Positions 47,381-58,424 of a stretch of 64,000 bases of DNA are shown here, in pieces. Below the pieces are notes generated by a model. That model was not told the DNA's origin, did no database searches, and saw only the letters and a program-made list of their open reading frames with translations. Both the position numbers and the translations under genes were made by a program. This stretch comes from Azolla caroliniana (lineage: Eukaryota > Plantae > Polypodiophyta). Location of the stretch: the NCBI GenBank assembly GCA_043228905.1, contig JBHGNT010000015.1:12152001-12216000 (forward strand), given 5' to 3'. Position 1 is the first letter of the stretch. Every line of letters begins with the position of its first letter.

Positions 47381-50300
47381 GGGATGCCGATCGGAGAGTA
47401 GTGTGTCGTCCACGTAGATGATGAGGAAGACAAGAGACCCGTCTTGAGCTGTTTTGGTGAAGAGACAGTGGTCCTCATCGCTCTTTGAGAAGCCAACTGA
47501 TTGGATGAAGTCGTCGAACTTCTTGTACCATTGTCGGGGTGCCTGTTTCAGGCTGTAGAGACTCTTCTTGAGTCGGTAGGCTAGATGTTCTTGGCTGCAT
47601 GCCACAAAGCCTTTCAGCTGCTCCATATAGATTTCCTCCTGTAGGTCACCATAGAGGAATGCCGTTTTTACATCTAGCTGAATCAGCTCCAAGTTGTTGG
47701 CGGCCACGACGCCGAGCATGAAATGAAGGGTCGTCATTTTCACCACTGGTGAAAAGATTTCGTTGAAGTCGACGCCATATTCTTGTCTAAATCCCTTCAC
47801 AACTAATCTGGCCTTGTACTTTGGGTTGGTCGAGTCAGACCCACTTACATAGTAGAGCACATCAATTCTTCGGTAATTCGACCAAGTCCCAAGTCTTGTT
47901 TGCCCGAATGGAGTGCATTTCTGACTCCATCGCTAGATGCCATGTGGCTGAATCGGTAGATGTTGATGCTTCTTCATAAGACGTCGGTTCGCCGGCGTCG
48001 GTAAAAAAATTTCTGGGAGAGTAGCTCTCCGGAGGTTGTGACAGTCTCTCGGATCTACGATCTATGACTGGACTAGTCACACCGGGTGTCGATGTCGGAT
48101 GGTCGGGAGCCAAGCCATTCGGCTGTGCCAAATCAGTGGATTCGGTGCGAGAGTTGTTGGTTACCCGTGAAACCGATCTCGTGTTGTGGGTTGGGCCGTT
48201 ATGAAAAGTTTGCACTTCAGAAAATATTACCCTTCGGACTTCAATAGACCTTTCAGCCGTTTTATGCATAACTAACTCGTTGAACACGACGTTCAAACTT
48301 CGGACGATTTGTCTATGCTCGGGGTCCCAGAGTCGGTATCCGATCTCGCCATTGGGTCCATATCCAAGGAAACGCATTTCCTTGATCTTCGTTCGAGTTT
48401 CAGGCGATTGTCTTTCGGTATGAGGGCGTATGCCTCGCAACCGAAGATCCTCAGCTTGTCATAATTCGGCTTACTGCCGGTCCATATTTCCTCAGGTATT
48501 TGAAGTCCTAGAGGTCTACTTGACGAAATATTTATTATGTGTACTACTGTAAGTAGAGCCTCCGCCCAAAAGCCATCTGACAGTTCGGAGTGTTGGAGCA
48601 TGGATACTATACGTTCTTGAATCGTCTGATTCATGCGTTCAACAATTCCATTCTGCTCCGGACTATAGGGTGCCGTATATTCACGTCGAATGCTGCGTTC
48701 CCGGCAAAATTTGACGAATTCTTCAGACTTGAATTCTCCTCCATTGTCGGTTCGGAGACATTTCAGTTTCCAACTGGTCTGATTTTCGACCATTGCAAGC
48801 CATTTGGAGAAGATCGAGAACACCCGATCTTTGGTTCTAATGGGGTAAACCCACACCTTCTGAGTCGAGTCATCAATAAAACTGACGAAGTACGAAGCAC
48901 CGCTGAGAGACTGATGTGGCATCGGGTCACAGACGTTTGAGTGGACCAAATTGAGGGGACTCGATTCTCTTGGTGTTGATGTCGGGTGCGATGCGACTAC
49001 CTGTTTGCCGTATTGGCAATGCTCGCAGAATTGGTGATCCGAGAAGGAGAGTTTGGGGATGTAACTGGCTCTGGATAGGTGCATTATGCCGGCCTTGCTG
49101 AGGTGTCCAAGTCATCCATGCCATAATGATGACATGAGGATATCAACCAAAAATAGGTCACCCTCTTTGAGTGTGACATATAAAGGGTACAAGTAATGTA
49201 CCTTTGGTCCTCGAGCAAGCAGGAGGTTCCCTTTGTGGAGTGTCCACCCTCCTGATGAGAATCTGGCATGGATTCCGGCTTCGTCAAGCTGTCTGACTAA
49301 GATCAAGGGTCTTGAGAGCTCAGGAACGTGTCGGACGTTGTGTAGTACGAGTGTAGAGCCACCCAGAAGGTTGAGCTCTACGATGCCGATTCCGATTATA
49401 GCACTTTGCTACGAGTTTCCGACTCGAACTGAGTCGGAGTGCCGGTCCGAGTATTGCCGAAACTGAGATCGGTGAGGTGTCACATGATACGATGCGCTCA
49501 AGTCCAGGAGCCATGTGCTCGATTCTTCAGTCGTAAGCAGAACTTCTGATTCAACTGGGTTCTCTATGGACAATATGTTCGGGTCGGTCATCAAAATTTT
49601 GGTTGAAGAGCCAATGTAGTTGACCTCCTCATGCCAACTACTCTTCTGATCCGCTCTCTGAGCTTTGTCGGTTTTTGCTTTGAGTGCCTGGCGATCGGCT
49701 TTGGTGTGTCCCGGTTTCTTGCAGTAGTTGCAGATTCGGTTGTCCTGGGACTTGCTCCGGCTTTGCTGATTGTTCGACGGTCGGGAAGAATTTCTTCCCC
49801 GGTTGTTCAATCGGTTGGTCGAACCTTGTACTATGTAAGCTTCATCTGCCGAGTCTTTGGCGAAAGACTTTCTCCGAGCTGCTTCAGTCAGGATTGCGCT
49901 CGTGACTTCGGAGTACTTAACGACAACTGTTGAAGCATTGCACACGGTTGTAACGAAAGTTTCCCATGAAAAGGGGAGACTACTCAAGAGTATCATTGCT
50001 CTAAGTTAATCCTCGATTGCTGTCCCCTGAGACGAGATTTGGGAGCTTATGCTTTCGTACTCGTTGAGGTGTGCCTGAACTAAATCAGATTCTTTCATCC
50101 GCAAGTTAGAGGCGCTGGATCAGATACATCTTCGTTGCCGCGACCTTCTTTTCATACGTTTCCGACAGTGTTTTCCAAAGTTCAAAAGATGTCGTGCATG
50201 ATTGCACTGTGAAGTACACTGACTCCGACAAGTGCATCTGAATTGTGGCGCGGACAATTCTGTCCAGCTTTAGCGACTCTTTTGCCTTGTATGCTTCTGG

Positions 50301-51343
50301 AGGATTTTCATTCTCAATCGGGTCTATCTGGATAGTCCTGCATTTGTTCCTTCCAGATGTTGAAGTTCGAACCGTCGAACCTCCTTAGACTCATCTCCGA
50401 TGAGCCGGATGTTGAAGCCATCTGCTTCGGTTTCGGTTGGTAAGACTTGGTTCGGAGTTGACTACGAACCTTAGTGGGGTGCAGCCAGTCGGCTCACCTG
50501 ATTTGTTCTAGTCGGGTTTGAACCCGAGTTGGTTTGGTTTCGGATACTTGTTGCTGAACTTGCTCAGAGTGACTCCGGTAACTTGAGGGATAGAACCGGC
50601 TGGTCTTCCCGAATGTTTCCGAGTCGGAGTGAGCCCGGTTAGCTTCTGATTGTATGCCGAATACCGATTACAAGAAACCGATTGTTTGGGCCGAATGTCG
50701 ATCAGTGCAGTGAAGCACGAATTTGGTTGTTGCCTGGAGACCAATCTGCAGCGGGTGGTTACAACAAGCGGGTGAATAGCGTCCGGTGACCCATTCGGAT
50801 GTTGTTTAACCGAATGAAGCACGATTGGGTCGGTTGTTGCTCAAGGAGCTCCCCTCAAGCGGTTACAATCACAGGAACAGAGTACAACCGACTAGCTTAC
50901 TCCAATTTGTGATTTAACACAATGAGATGCGAGCTTTTTGTTTTTCTTCTCCCTTCTCTGTTCTTCAAAGAAAACGAAAAATAGAATGTTGTGTGGTGTA
51001 CTATGACAGCCGGCAGCGGGTTGAAGAACCTCCAACGCTCTGATACCAAATGTTGGGGACAAGGCTGTCAATGGGGAAGTGCAAGAAGAACCTATGTATG
51101 CGCATAAAACAAGATAGACAGAGAGAGAGAGAGAGAGATAACAAGATAGGCACAAACTAATGTTATATTCCAATAGCTACAGTTACAAAGAATGACAACC
51201 AACCTTTTCTAAAGGTTACAAAGTCACTTTATATAGTGACTATCCTAGGGCAACTGCCCTTTATGCTATTTACATAAATAGCCCAAACTTGGGTTGTCCA
51301 AAGGGACAGTGTGAATACGGCCATTATACACTCGTATTCGACA
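47381..51343 (-). mobile_element. Ty1/copia family C, copy C2, inserted in G2 and 3'-deleted
   Basis: LTR 51051-51343, PBS about 51037-51048, ~600-bp leader, Gag (CNYCKKPGH), protease, integrase (TDNGGEF), RT up to YVDD. Confidence 0.88.
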
Positions 51344-52462
51344 AGTCGCTCTTCTGCCCGCTTCTTCTCCCGGCCAACGACGTCGGCTATTGTACAACCT
51401 CCACTGTCGAAGAACCAAAACTTCCTACCTATGTTACAGGTTCTTCTGCCTACTGTACATGTGTGGGGTTTTTCCGAAGTGTCCGGACTCTTGCGTCCCC
51501 ACGCCTTGATAGCCCTCTCTAAAAATCCCCTCAACTTTTGCCACCGAGGGTCTCGCGGTTACACTCGTGGTTCGGTCGTACCGTCAGAAACTGAACGGAG
51601 TGACGCCCATCCCGGCTTTTGATTCGGGCATACGTCGAACCATTGTCCATCACCTTCGTCTCCATGCGCGCCGCCGTGATGTATGGTTCTCCGAGTATCA
51701 CCGGATGCAAGGACTTCTCCTACACAAAGAAGTGTTGATTGATCTCGACATCGCCGATTTTCACTCGTACATTCAGGCAGGCTCCGTGTAGCTCCTCTGT
51801 GGTGCGCGTTGCTACCCGTATCTTCCACCCGTGCTTGGTATTGATCGACCACTTTCCCTTCTTGTAGAAGTCCATGGACATCAAGTTGATCTCTGAACCA
51901 TGGTCTACCAACGCCACCACCAGCTCTTGGACGTTCCCGATCCAAACAGGGGTTTCCATAGTGGCCCTAGCCCAATGTAGCCTCAAGTAGTGGCTTTCCG
52001 CCAACTCGTCCTCCAGGGCCATGTCTTCTAGGTGCGTCGTTCGCACCTCCACTGGCTTCTCTGGCTCTGGCTCCGGCTCCGTCGAAAGCGTTTTCCGCTT
52101 CACCAAGTCAACGATGGAGTCGTGGAACTCCTTCCTGGCGATACCGAGCACCTCCCTCATCTGTCGAAGATCCGTTCCACCAGGACCTTTCGTAGGTCCG
52201 TGGTCCTTTCGATCTCTGTGCTCAACCGGTAACCGGCCTTCTTGGCCTTGCCCAGTGCGCCGGATGCACCGACATCATTTTGCTTTAGCCCGAACCGGGT
52301 CTCATACCGTTGTGAGGGTCCAGCCCCCCCGGTCTTTCCCACACGCTTGTCTTCCACCAAAGCCTTGTATTTCTGGCACGCGGCTTCCACGAAGCCCATC
52401 TTCTCTTCAACCGGGTCACTCCACCCGGTTACCTCCTGGACCCATCTTTCCCCCCGGTCCGC

Positions 52463-53491
52463 TGTCGTGACGTGGCTCGCCTAGAAGCGTGTCGTTGCGC
52501 ACACAAAGGATAACGTGAAAGTGAGGAAGGAATCACTGGGATTATGGACGGAAGAGACGAAAGAGTAGAGATGGAGTGAATAGAGATCAATAAGATATGA
52601 CAAACTAGGATTTTTAAGGAATATAAGATAAGACAAGATAAGATATAAACTAATATATGAGAAAGTGTATGAAATTTATAATCATTTTCATGAAAGAGTT
52701 ACAAAATGATTGTGCACGTCGTTGAACCTCCGAACTTTGTCATGCAAGGTAATCGCTCTTCTCTTTCTTGATCGTAGACCACTACAATCTTCACTTCAAT
52801 ATTTTGATGAAGATAAGGCTCGAACCGCCTCCCTCTTGTTGAGAGTTGACCACCACGACCCCCAAGCTAGAGCTCCACCTTTATCTTGAACTTCTTCCTT
52901 TCTTTCTCTATTTTATGGTATCTCTTATGTAATATATATTTGATTGATATCTCATCCATATCTCTTTGATCTTCTCTTTCACCATTTAAATAGGTGCCCC
53001 CATGCATATGATGCATTGGAGGATACAAGTCATGCATGTGATGCATGATAAACATCTCGCTCATTTGAGCTTTTATGTATGAAACAATATATGCAATAAG
53101 AATAAACATGAAAATATAATCTTAAAGAGAAAGGGCCTAGCCTAATGGTAGGTGTGTTGACTTTGGTGTATGAGGTTGTTGGTTCGAGTCTCAAAATATC
53201 ATGAAGCAAATCCTTTATGTAATATAAAGTATATATAAAGTATGCTTTATTTTATGTAAATTACTAGTATAGAGTAAATGGTAAGATTTGAGAGTCATAG
53301 GGTGGGCTTATTGGTTCAAGTCCTCTCTTGTTTGTGTAATATAATATATTTATCTATATATATATATTATTTTTCTTTACATATATATAATATTATCATA
53401 TGTGTTGTTATAAAACATTATCAAATGTTATTTTAGTTACGTATTTATCTTATTGTAGACTTTTAATGTGAAGCTTTCGTACTTCACGACA
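52463..53491 (-). mobile_element. AT-rich solo LTR (1029 bp) of the gypsy lineage with two tRNA-like A/B-box modules
   Basis: Ends TGTCGTGA..TCACGACA; 4-bp TSD CCGC at 52459-52462 and 53492-53495; host gag resumes in register. Confidence 0.85.
53133..53323 (+). promoter_or_regulatory. Two tandem tRNA-like RNA Pol III type-2 promoter modules
   Basis: A box TAGCCTAATGG 53138-53148 with B box GGTTCGAGTCT 53181-53191; A box TAGAGTAAATGG 53270-53281 with B box GGTTCAAGTCC 53313-53323; tRNA-like spacing of about 32 nt. Confidence 0.6.
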
Positions 53492-55372
53492 CCGCTTCCT
53501 CTTTCCTTAGCCGTACGCCGACTAGGCCTTCCAGCATCAACGGTTAGAACCCAGAGTCCTTCGTTTTCCGGATTTCATCACTACCGACCCGGATTCCCGC
53601 CGACGCCGAGTAGTGGATGGTCTCCGTGTGACAAGCCGCTGCTTCCTCCATCAGTCGTTTCATCCCCCCTCGTCTGATGTTTAGATCCAGGGCCCTCCGG
53701 GTTTCGGTTGCGTGTACCCACCCGTTCCACAAGTACACCACATTGGCCCTTATCGCTTCGGCGAAGTCCTCGCAGTCCTTTCGGGCGTGGCCGACCGTGT
53801 CGCACCATAAGCATTGATGCTTAGCCGGAGGCCTTCGGTCATGGGCTTGTTCGTTGTCGTCCCTCCGTGCCTGTCCAATCTGGAGGTCCCTCACCATCTG
53901 AGTCAGCTCCTCTAGACAGGCCTTTGACCACGCTGGTCGAAGTCGAGCCGGCCTTGAGCCAGTCTCGAGTCTCCTCCCTTCGCGCCGGTGGGGGTACCTC
54001 GAGCTTCCTTGCCACTATAGAGCCCGCTCCCGACAAGCCTTTATCGACCCACTCACGCCGTTTGTCGAAACGGCCACAAACTCTCTTCACCATGACCCAG
54101 TCGGCCATTAGCCCGTCATCGGTCTCCAGTAAGAGGCCCACTTGCTCCTGGTCCCTCACGTCCACCGATTTAACAAATAATAGGAGACAACTTGTGTCCA
54201 GTATGGTTCGGTCCAACGCCGAAAGACGCGCGAAGCGTTCTTCAAACTCCCGGAGGAGCACCGATGCGTTTCTCCCCTTTTCGGGGGTCTCCACCCATTC
54301 CATGAAGTCCCACTTCGATAGCCGAAGTGCGTCATCAAGCCCGTATTTCTCAAGAAGCCGACCTTCAAACTCTTCCTAGGTCCGGCTCTCAGCCCGTACC
54401 TCGAGCACCTCCGCGTGGATGCCTGACATCGCCACCCGAGGGAATCTGGCCAGGCGCTTGACTTCCGGAATGTCCCTCATCACCATTTCAGCTCGGTAGG
54501 CCTCCAAGTAGCTCGTGGCATCCTTTCCACCGAATCGGCCTATCGTGCTGACGATTGCTTCAATAGCCCTATCGAGGGTGCATGTGCCTTCACGCGCACT
54601 CACTAATCGATCTACAGCTGAAGCCAAGGCTTCTGCAAGCTCCGTTCCCCTCATATTTTCTGTTCCTCTGCTGTCTGTTCACGTCGAGTTCACCAAATAT
54701 GTCGCATAGTTACGCGCATGCGTATAGAACGAGGCGGGACCACTGGGGTCTTAGACCAAGGAATAACCGACCAGGAGTAGGAGCAAGAAAGACAATGGTC
54801 GTGCTTCCACACACACACACACACACACAGATACACAGAAACAACAACCGAACGAAACAACGGAAACGAGATGAATGCATATATGTATATATATATTCTG
54901 ATGGAAAAGGGGTTACAACCAGCATGTGGGTGAGCGACAAATCTCCTACGCCTACGCACACAGAAGAGCGAGATGGAAACTCTATTGGAAGCACTCGGGC
55001 GTTCCGCGGACCAGAGTTAGCCTCCCGAAAACTTGCATAGAGAAAATACATAGAAGGACGGAGGAGAAGAGCTCGGTCCCAGTCCAACAACACTTCCTCG
55101 ACAAAAGCGATCCATTTTACTATTCCACTCCCTCTCTTTTATAGCCCAAGGAGGGAGGCTGCTACAACTTGTTACATCATCTTTATTCTTTGTCCTTTCG
55201 GACAGAGATATGCCACGATTTCCTACCTATCAAATCCGTGCGACCTAGGATATTCACATCAGCCGACTTGTACCTAGATATGTACATTACAACAAAACTT
55301 GTGCCCGCGTGTAAGGGCCAGTTTGTGCACATCATTCTTCGATTCCGCCTAGGGATGGTTTTCTCCACGACA

Positions 55373-57657
55373 ACGGGTAGATGGGTTGTAGCATTTGTAC
55401 CCCTTTTGTTCGAGTGAGTATCCTACGAGGATACATTTCTTCGACTTTGGGTCAAGCTTTTGTCATGTATCGTTGGAAATATGTACGTAGGCGATAGAAC
55501 CAAAAATGCGGAAATGTGACAAGTTCGGCTTCTTTCCGAAGAATTTCTCATGTGGAGCTATATCGTGTACTCCCGAGGTTGTGCACCTGTTCATGAGATA
55601 TACGGTCGTATTTGCCACTTTTGCCCAATATGATTTTGGTAGGTTCTTCTCGTTCATCATGGCTTGTGCGACTTCTACTACATGGCGATTTTTACACTCG
55701 GCTACGTCGTTTTGCTGATGCGTGTGTCGACACGAGAACTCTCGTCGGATTCCTTCTTTTCGGAGATATGCCGTAAATTCATCCGAAAAATATTCTTTGC
55801 CTCCATCTGATCGAAGACGACGTACATGCCAACCCGTAGTTTTTTTCGACTTCGGCTTTGAATGTCTGGAAGTGCCTGAACACTTCACTCTTCTGCTTCA
55901 TCGGATAGATCTAGGTGTTCTTGGAGAAGTCGTCGATGAACGTGATATAGTATCGACATCCGCCGAATGTTGATGTCTGGGCTGGTCCCCACACATCTGA
56001 ATGTACAACATCCAAGATTCCTTTGCTCACATTCCGTTCGTTAGGGAATGGGTGACAGTGTTACTTTTCGAACTGACATGCTTCGCATACGCTTGTACTC
56101 TCCTTCGCCGTAAAGTTCGGGAGTTCGATTACGACTCCTTTCGATTGCATGTTCTGGAGATTTTGGAGATTGATGTGGCCGATTCTCTTGTGCCACAGTT
56201 TCAAGTCGGTTTTGACTTTCTGGCCCTTTGCAAACATGGCTGACTTTACCTCGCTCGATTCGAGGATGAACATACGGCCTTCACGACGGCCGTGAGCTAT
56301 GACTTGATCGCCTTTTTCGATGAAGCACCCATCATTATTGAAGCATACTTGTATTCCTTGTTCAACAATCTGGCCAACCGAGACCAAGTTTTTCGTAATA
56401 GTGGAGACATGCAACACGTTCTTGAGGTAGGTTTGTTTGTTATCGTTTCCGAATGGGACATTCCCGATATGTTGTATTGGGTGAGTCGTGTCATCTCCTA
56501 TTTTGTCATATCCGGGACGTTCGGGCTTCCGTAGTTCCCGAAACCAATCTTCATGGGACTTCATGTGATTGGATGCTCCCAAATGGACAAACCATACGCT
56601 ATTCGGAGTGGAATCGGTAGTTGAGGCAAGTGCGGACATTGAGTGTGCTTCGTGCTTCATTAAGAACATTCCGTCGCGGTCGCTGTAGTCGGAGTTTGTG
56701 GCGTAATTTGTTAGTTGTCGGCCTTGCTCGCGCTTCTTCTTCCAACACTCCTCTTCATAGTGGCCGGGTTTTCCGCAGAACCTGCACTCAACTGGGTTCC
56801 TACGGTTGCTTGGTCCGGCGTGATGACTCCTCCTTCCACCGAACTCTCTGGGGGCCGTTTCTGTCCGCTTGCCATTGGTGGGAGTTATGCTCTTGGTTGT
56901 GTCAACCTTGGCCAAATCGACCTCTCCTTCCACGGCTTTGTCCTCTTCCTCCATCGAAGTTCGAATATAGCATTTGTCCGTCATGCGCGTTGTTCCTTTG
57001 ATGCACGTGATTCTCTTCAACTAGCAACAATGATTGAAGATAAAAAAAGGAGGGAAGATTCTCTCTCACGAGAACGACCGATCTTATTGCGCCAAATCGC
57101 GGTGCCAAGCCACCGAGGCATATCTACACCATTTCTTCTTCATCAATGCTAACATTGATCGATCCAAGGGCATCGCACAACTCCTTGATCTTTAAGGTAT
57201 AGTTGCCGATTGACATGTCCCTTTGTTGAAGATTGTTCAGCTCTTGTCGAAGTTGGAGCTTTCGTGCAGCCGTATTGGCTGCGAAAATCTTCTTGAGGTT
57301 TCCCCACGCCTGCTTCGGCGTTTTTTCCTCTCGAATGTAGCCAAGCATATGATCATGAACGCATGATGCAAGGCAATACAACACACGGCTTGCAGCCTGC
57401 TCCCAAGCAGGATAGTCGGCGTGTGTTGGGTTGCGTTGGGTTGGGTTGTGATTCGTGAGCTCCTTCGATGTAGCTCTAATAGCCTTGTCCGACAAGGTAT
57501 TGATGCATCTTGTATTCCCAAGATGCAAAGTTCTTTTTGTCGAGCTTCTTGGTAGGAAGAGCACTTCCCATTTGAGTATTCATGGTGATTTCTTCTCTAT
57601 TGATCGTCGGCGTGCAGCACAACACAATCAAATAGGCTTAATCAGGCAACCACACGC
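55373..57657 (-). mobile_element. Ty1/copia family B, copy B2: gag to integrase fragment
   Basis: CRFCGKPGHYEEEC knuckle, LWHKRIGH, SDGGKEY. The sequence stops at CCACACGC, the edge of the PBS in B1, where G3 has inserted. Confidence 0.85.
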
Positions 57658-58424
57658 TGTGGGGTTTGCTACGCCCTTGCGTGCAGAAAGGAGGAGGGAC
57701 CACGGGGGTCTTGGACCGAAGAGCAAGAGAGAGAGGAGTAAGAGAGAGAGACCCGATTACACAGAACCGAAGATCGCATAGGGACACGGCCCAACAAACA
57801 GAGATCACAAATAAACGCCGACGCAGATGGACGCAACAAGAAAAGATATGTACTTATGAATGCAAGAAAATAACAGACTAAAGTATTACAACCCACGGTG
57901 GGGCACGAAATAGATACTAACGAAAACGAACAGGGCGGCGAACAGATGCCGACCCCTGTATGTCGCGACGCACAGAAAGGGAAAACAGGTCGGAGGTGCT
58001 GCAGGACGCGCTCGGGGCGTTCCACGGAACAGCGCAAGCCTCCTCGAAACCTGCACAGGTACGCGATGGAGCAGAAGACAGAGAAGGCAGGAGTGAGAGA
58101 GAAGCTCCGAAATCGGTTCGGCAGCACTTCGTCCTCTCCGCGCGAGATACCCCACTTCTAGTCTTCCTCCTCCTTTTATAGCCCGTCAAGAGGCCGTTTG
58201 GCATTAACTGCATACCAACCGAATCTACCCACCTAGGATCCTCGTATGTACCTACTTCGACCTTAGGTACTTCTTGGCGCGCGTGTGTGTGTAGAGCCGT
58301 TTCCCACGCCTTGTTCCTCCGATTCCTCTTGTGGGCGGTTTTCTTCACGACATCCGCCCCCACCTAACCGCGCATCCACCGGCATGCGCCAAATTAAGTT
58401 GCCACGGAGAAAACCGGCCCGCCT

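Larger units (their letters stand above)
45537..55372 (-). mobile_element. Ty3/gypsy element G2: decayed, internally deleted, two nested insertions
   Basis: 5' LTR 54700-55372; truncated 3' LTR 45537-45652 matches 55257-55372; tRNA-Trp PBS 54679-54695 with one mismatch; gag/PR fragments at 51344-54654; RT/IN fragments at 45720-47380. Confidence 0.88.

Noticed and set aside
53133-53200. Possible functional tRNA gene
   Set aside because: A and B boxes are present, but acceptor and anticodon stems could not be paired; kept as a tRNA-like module only.
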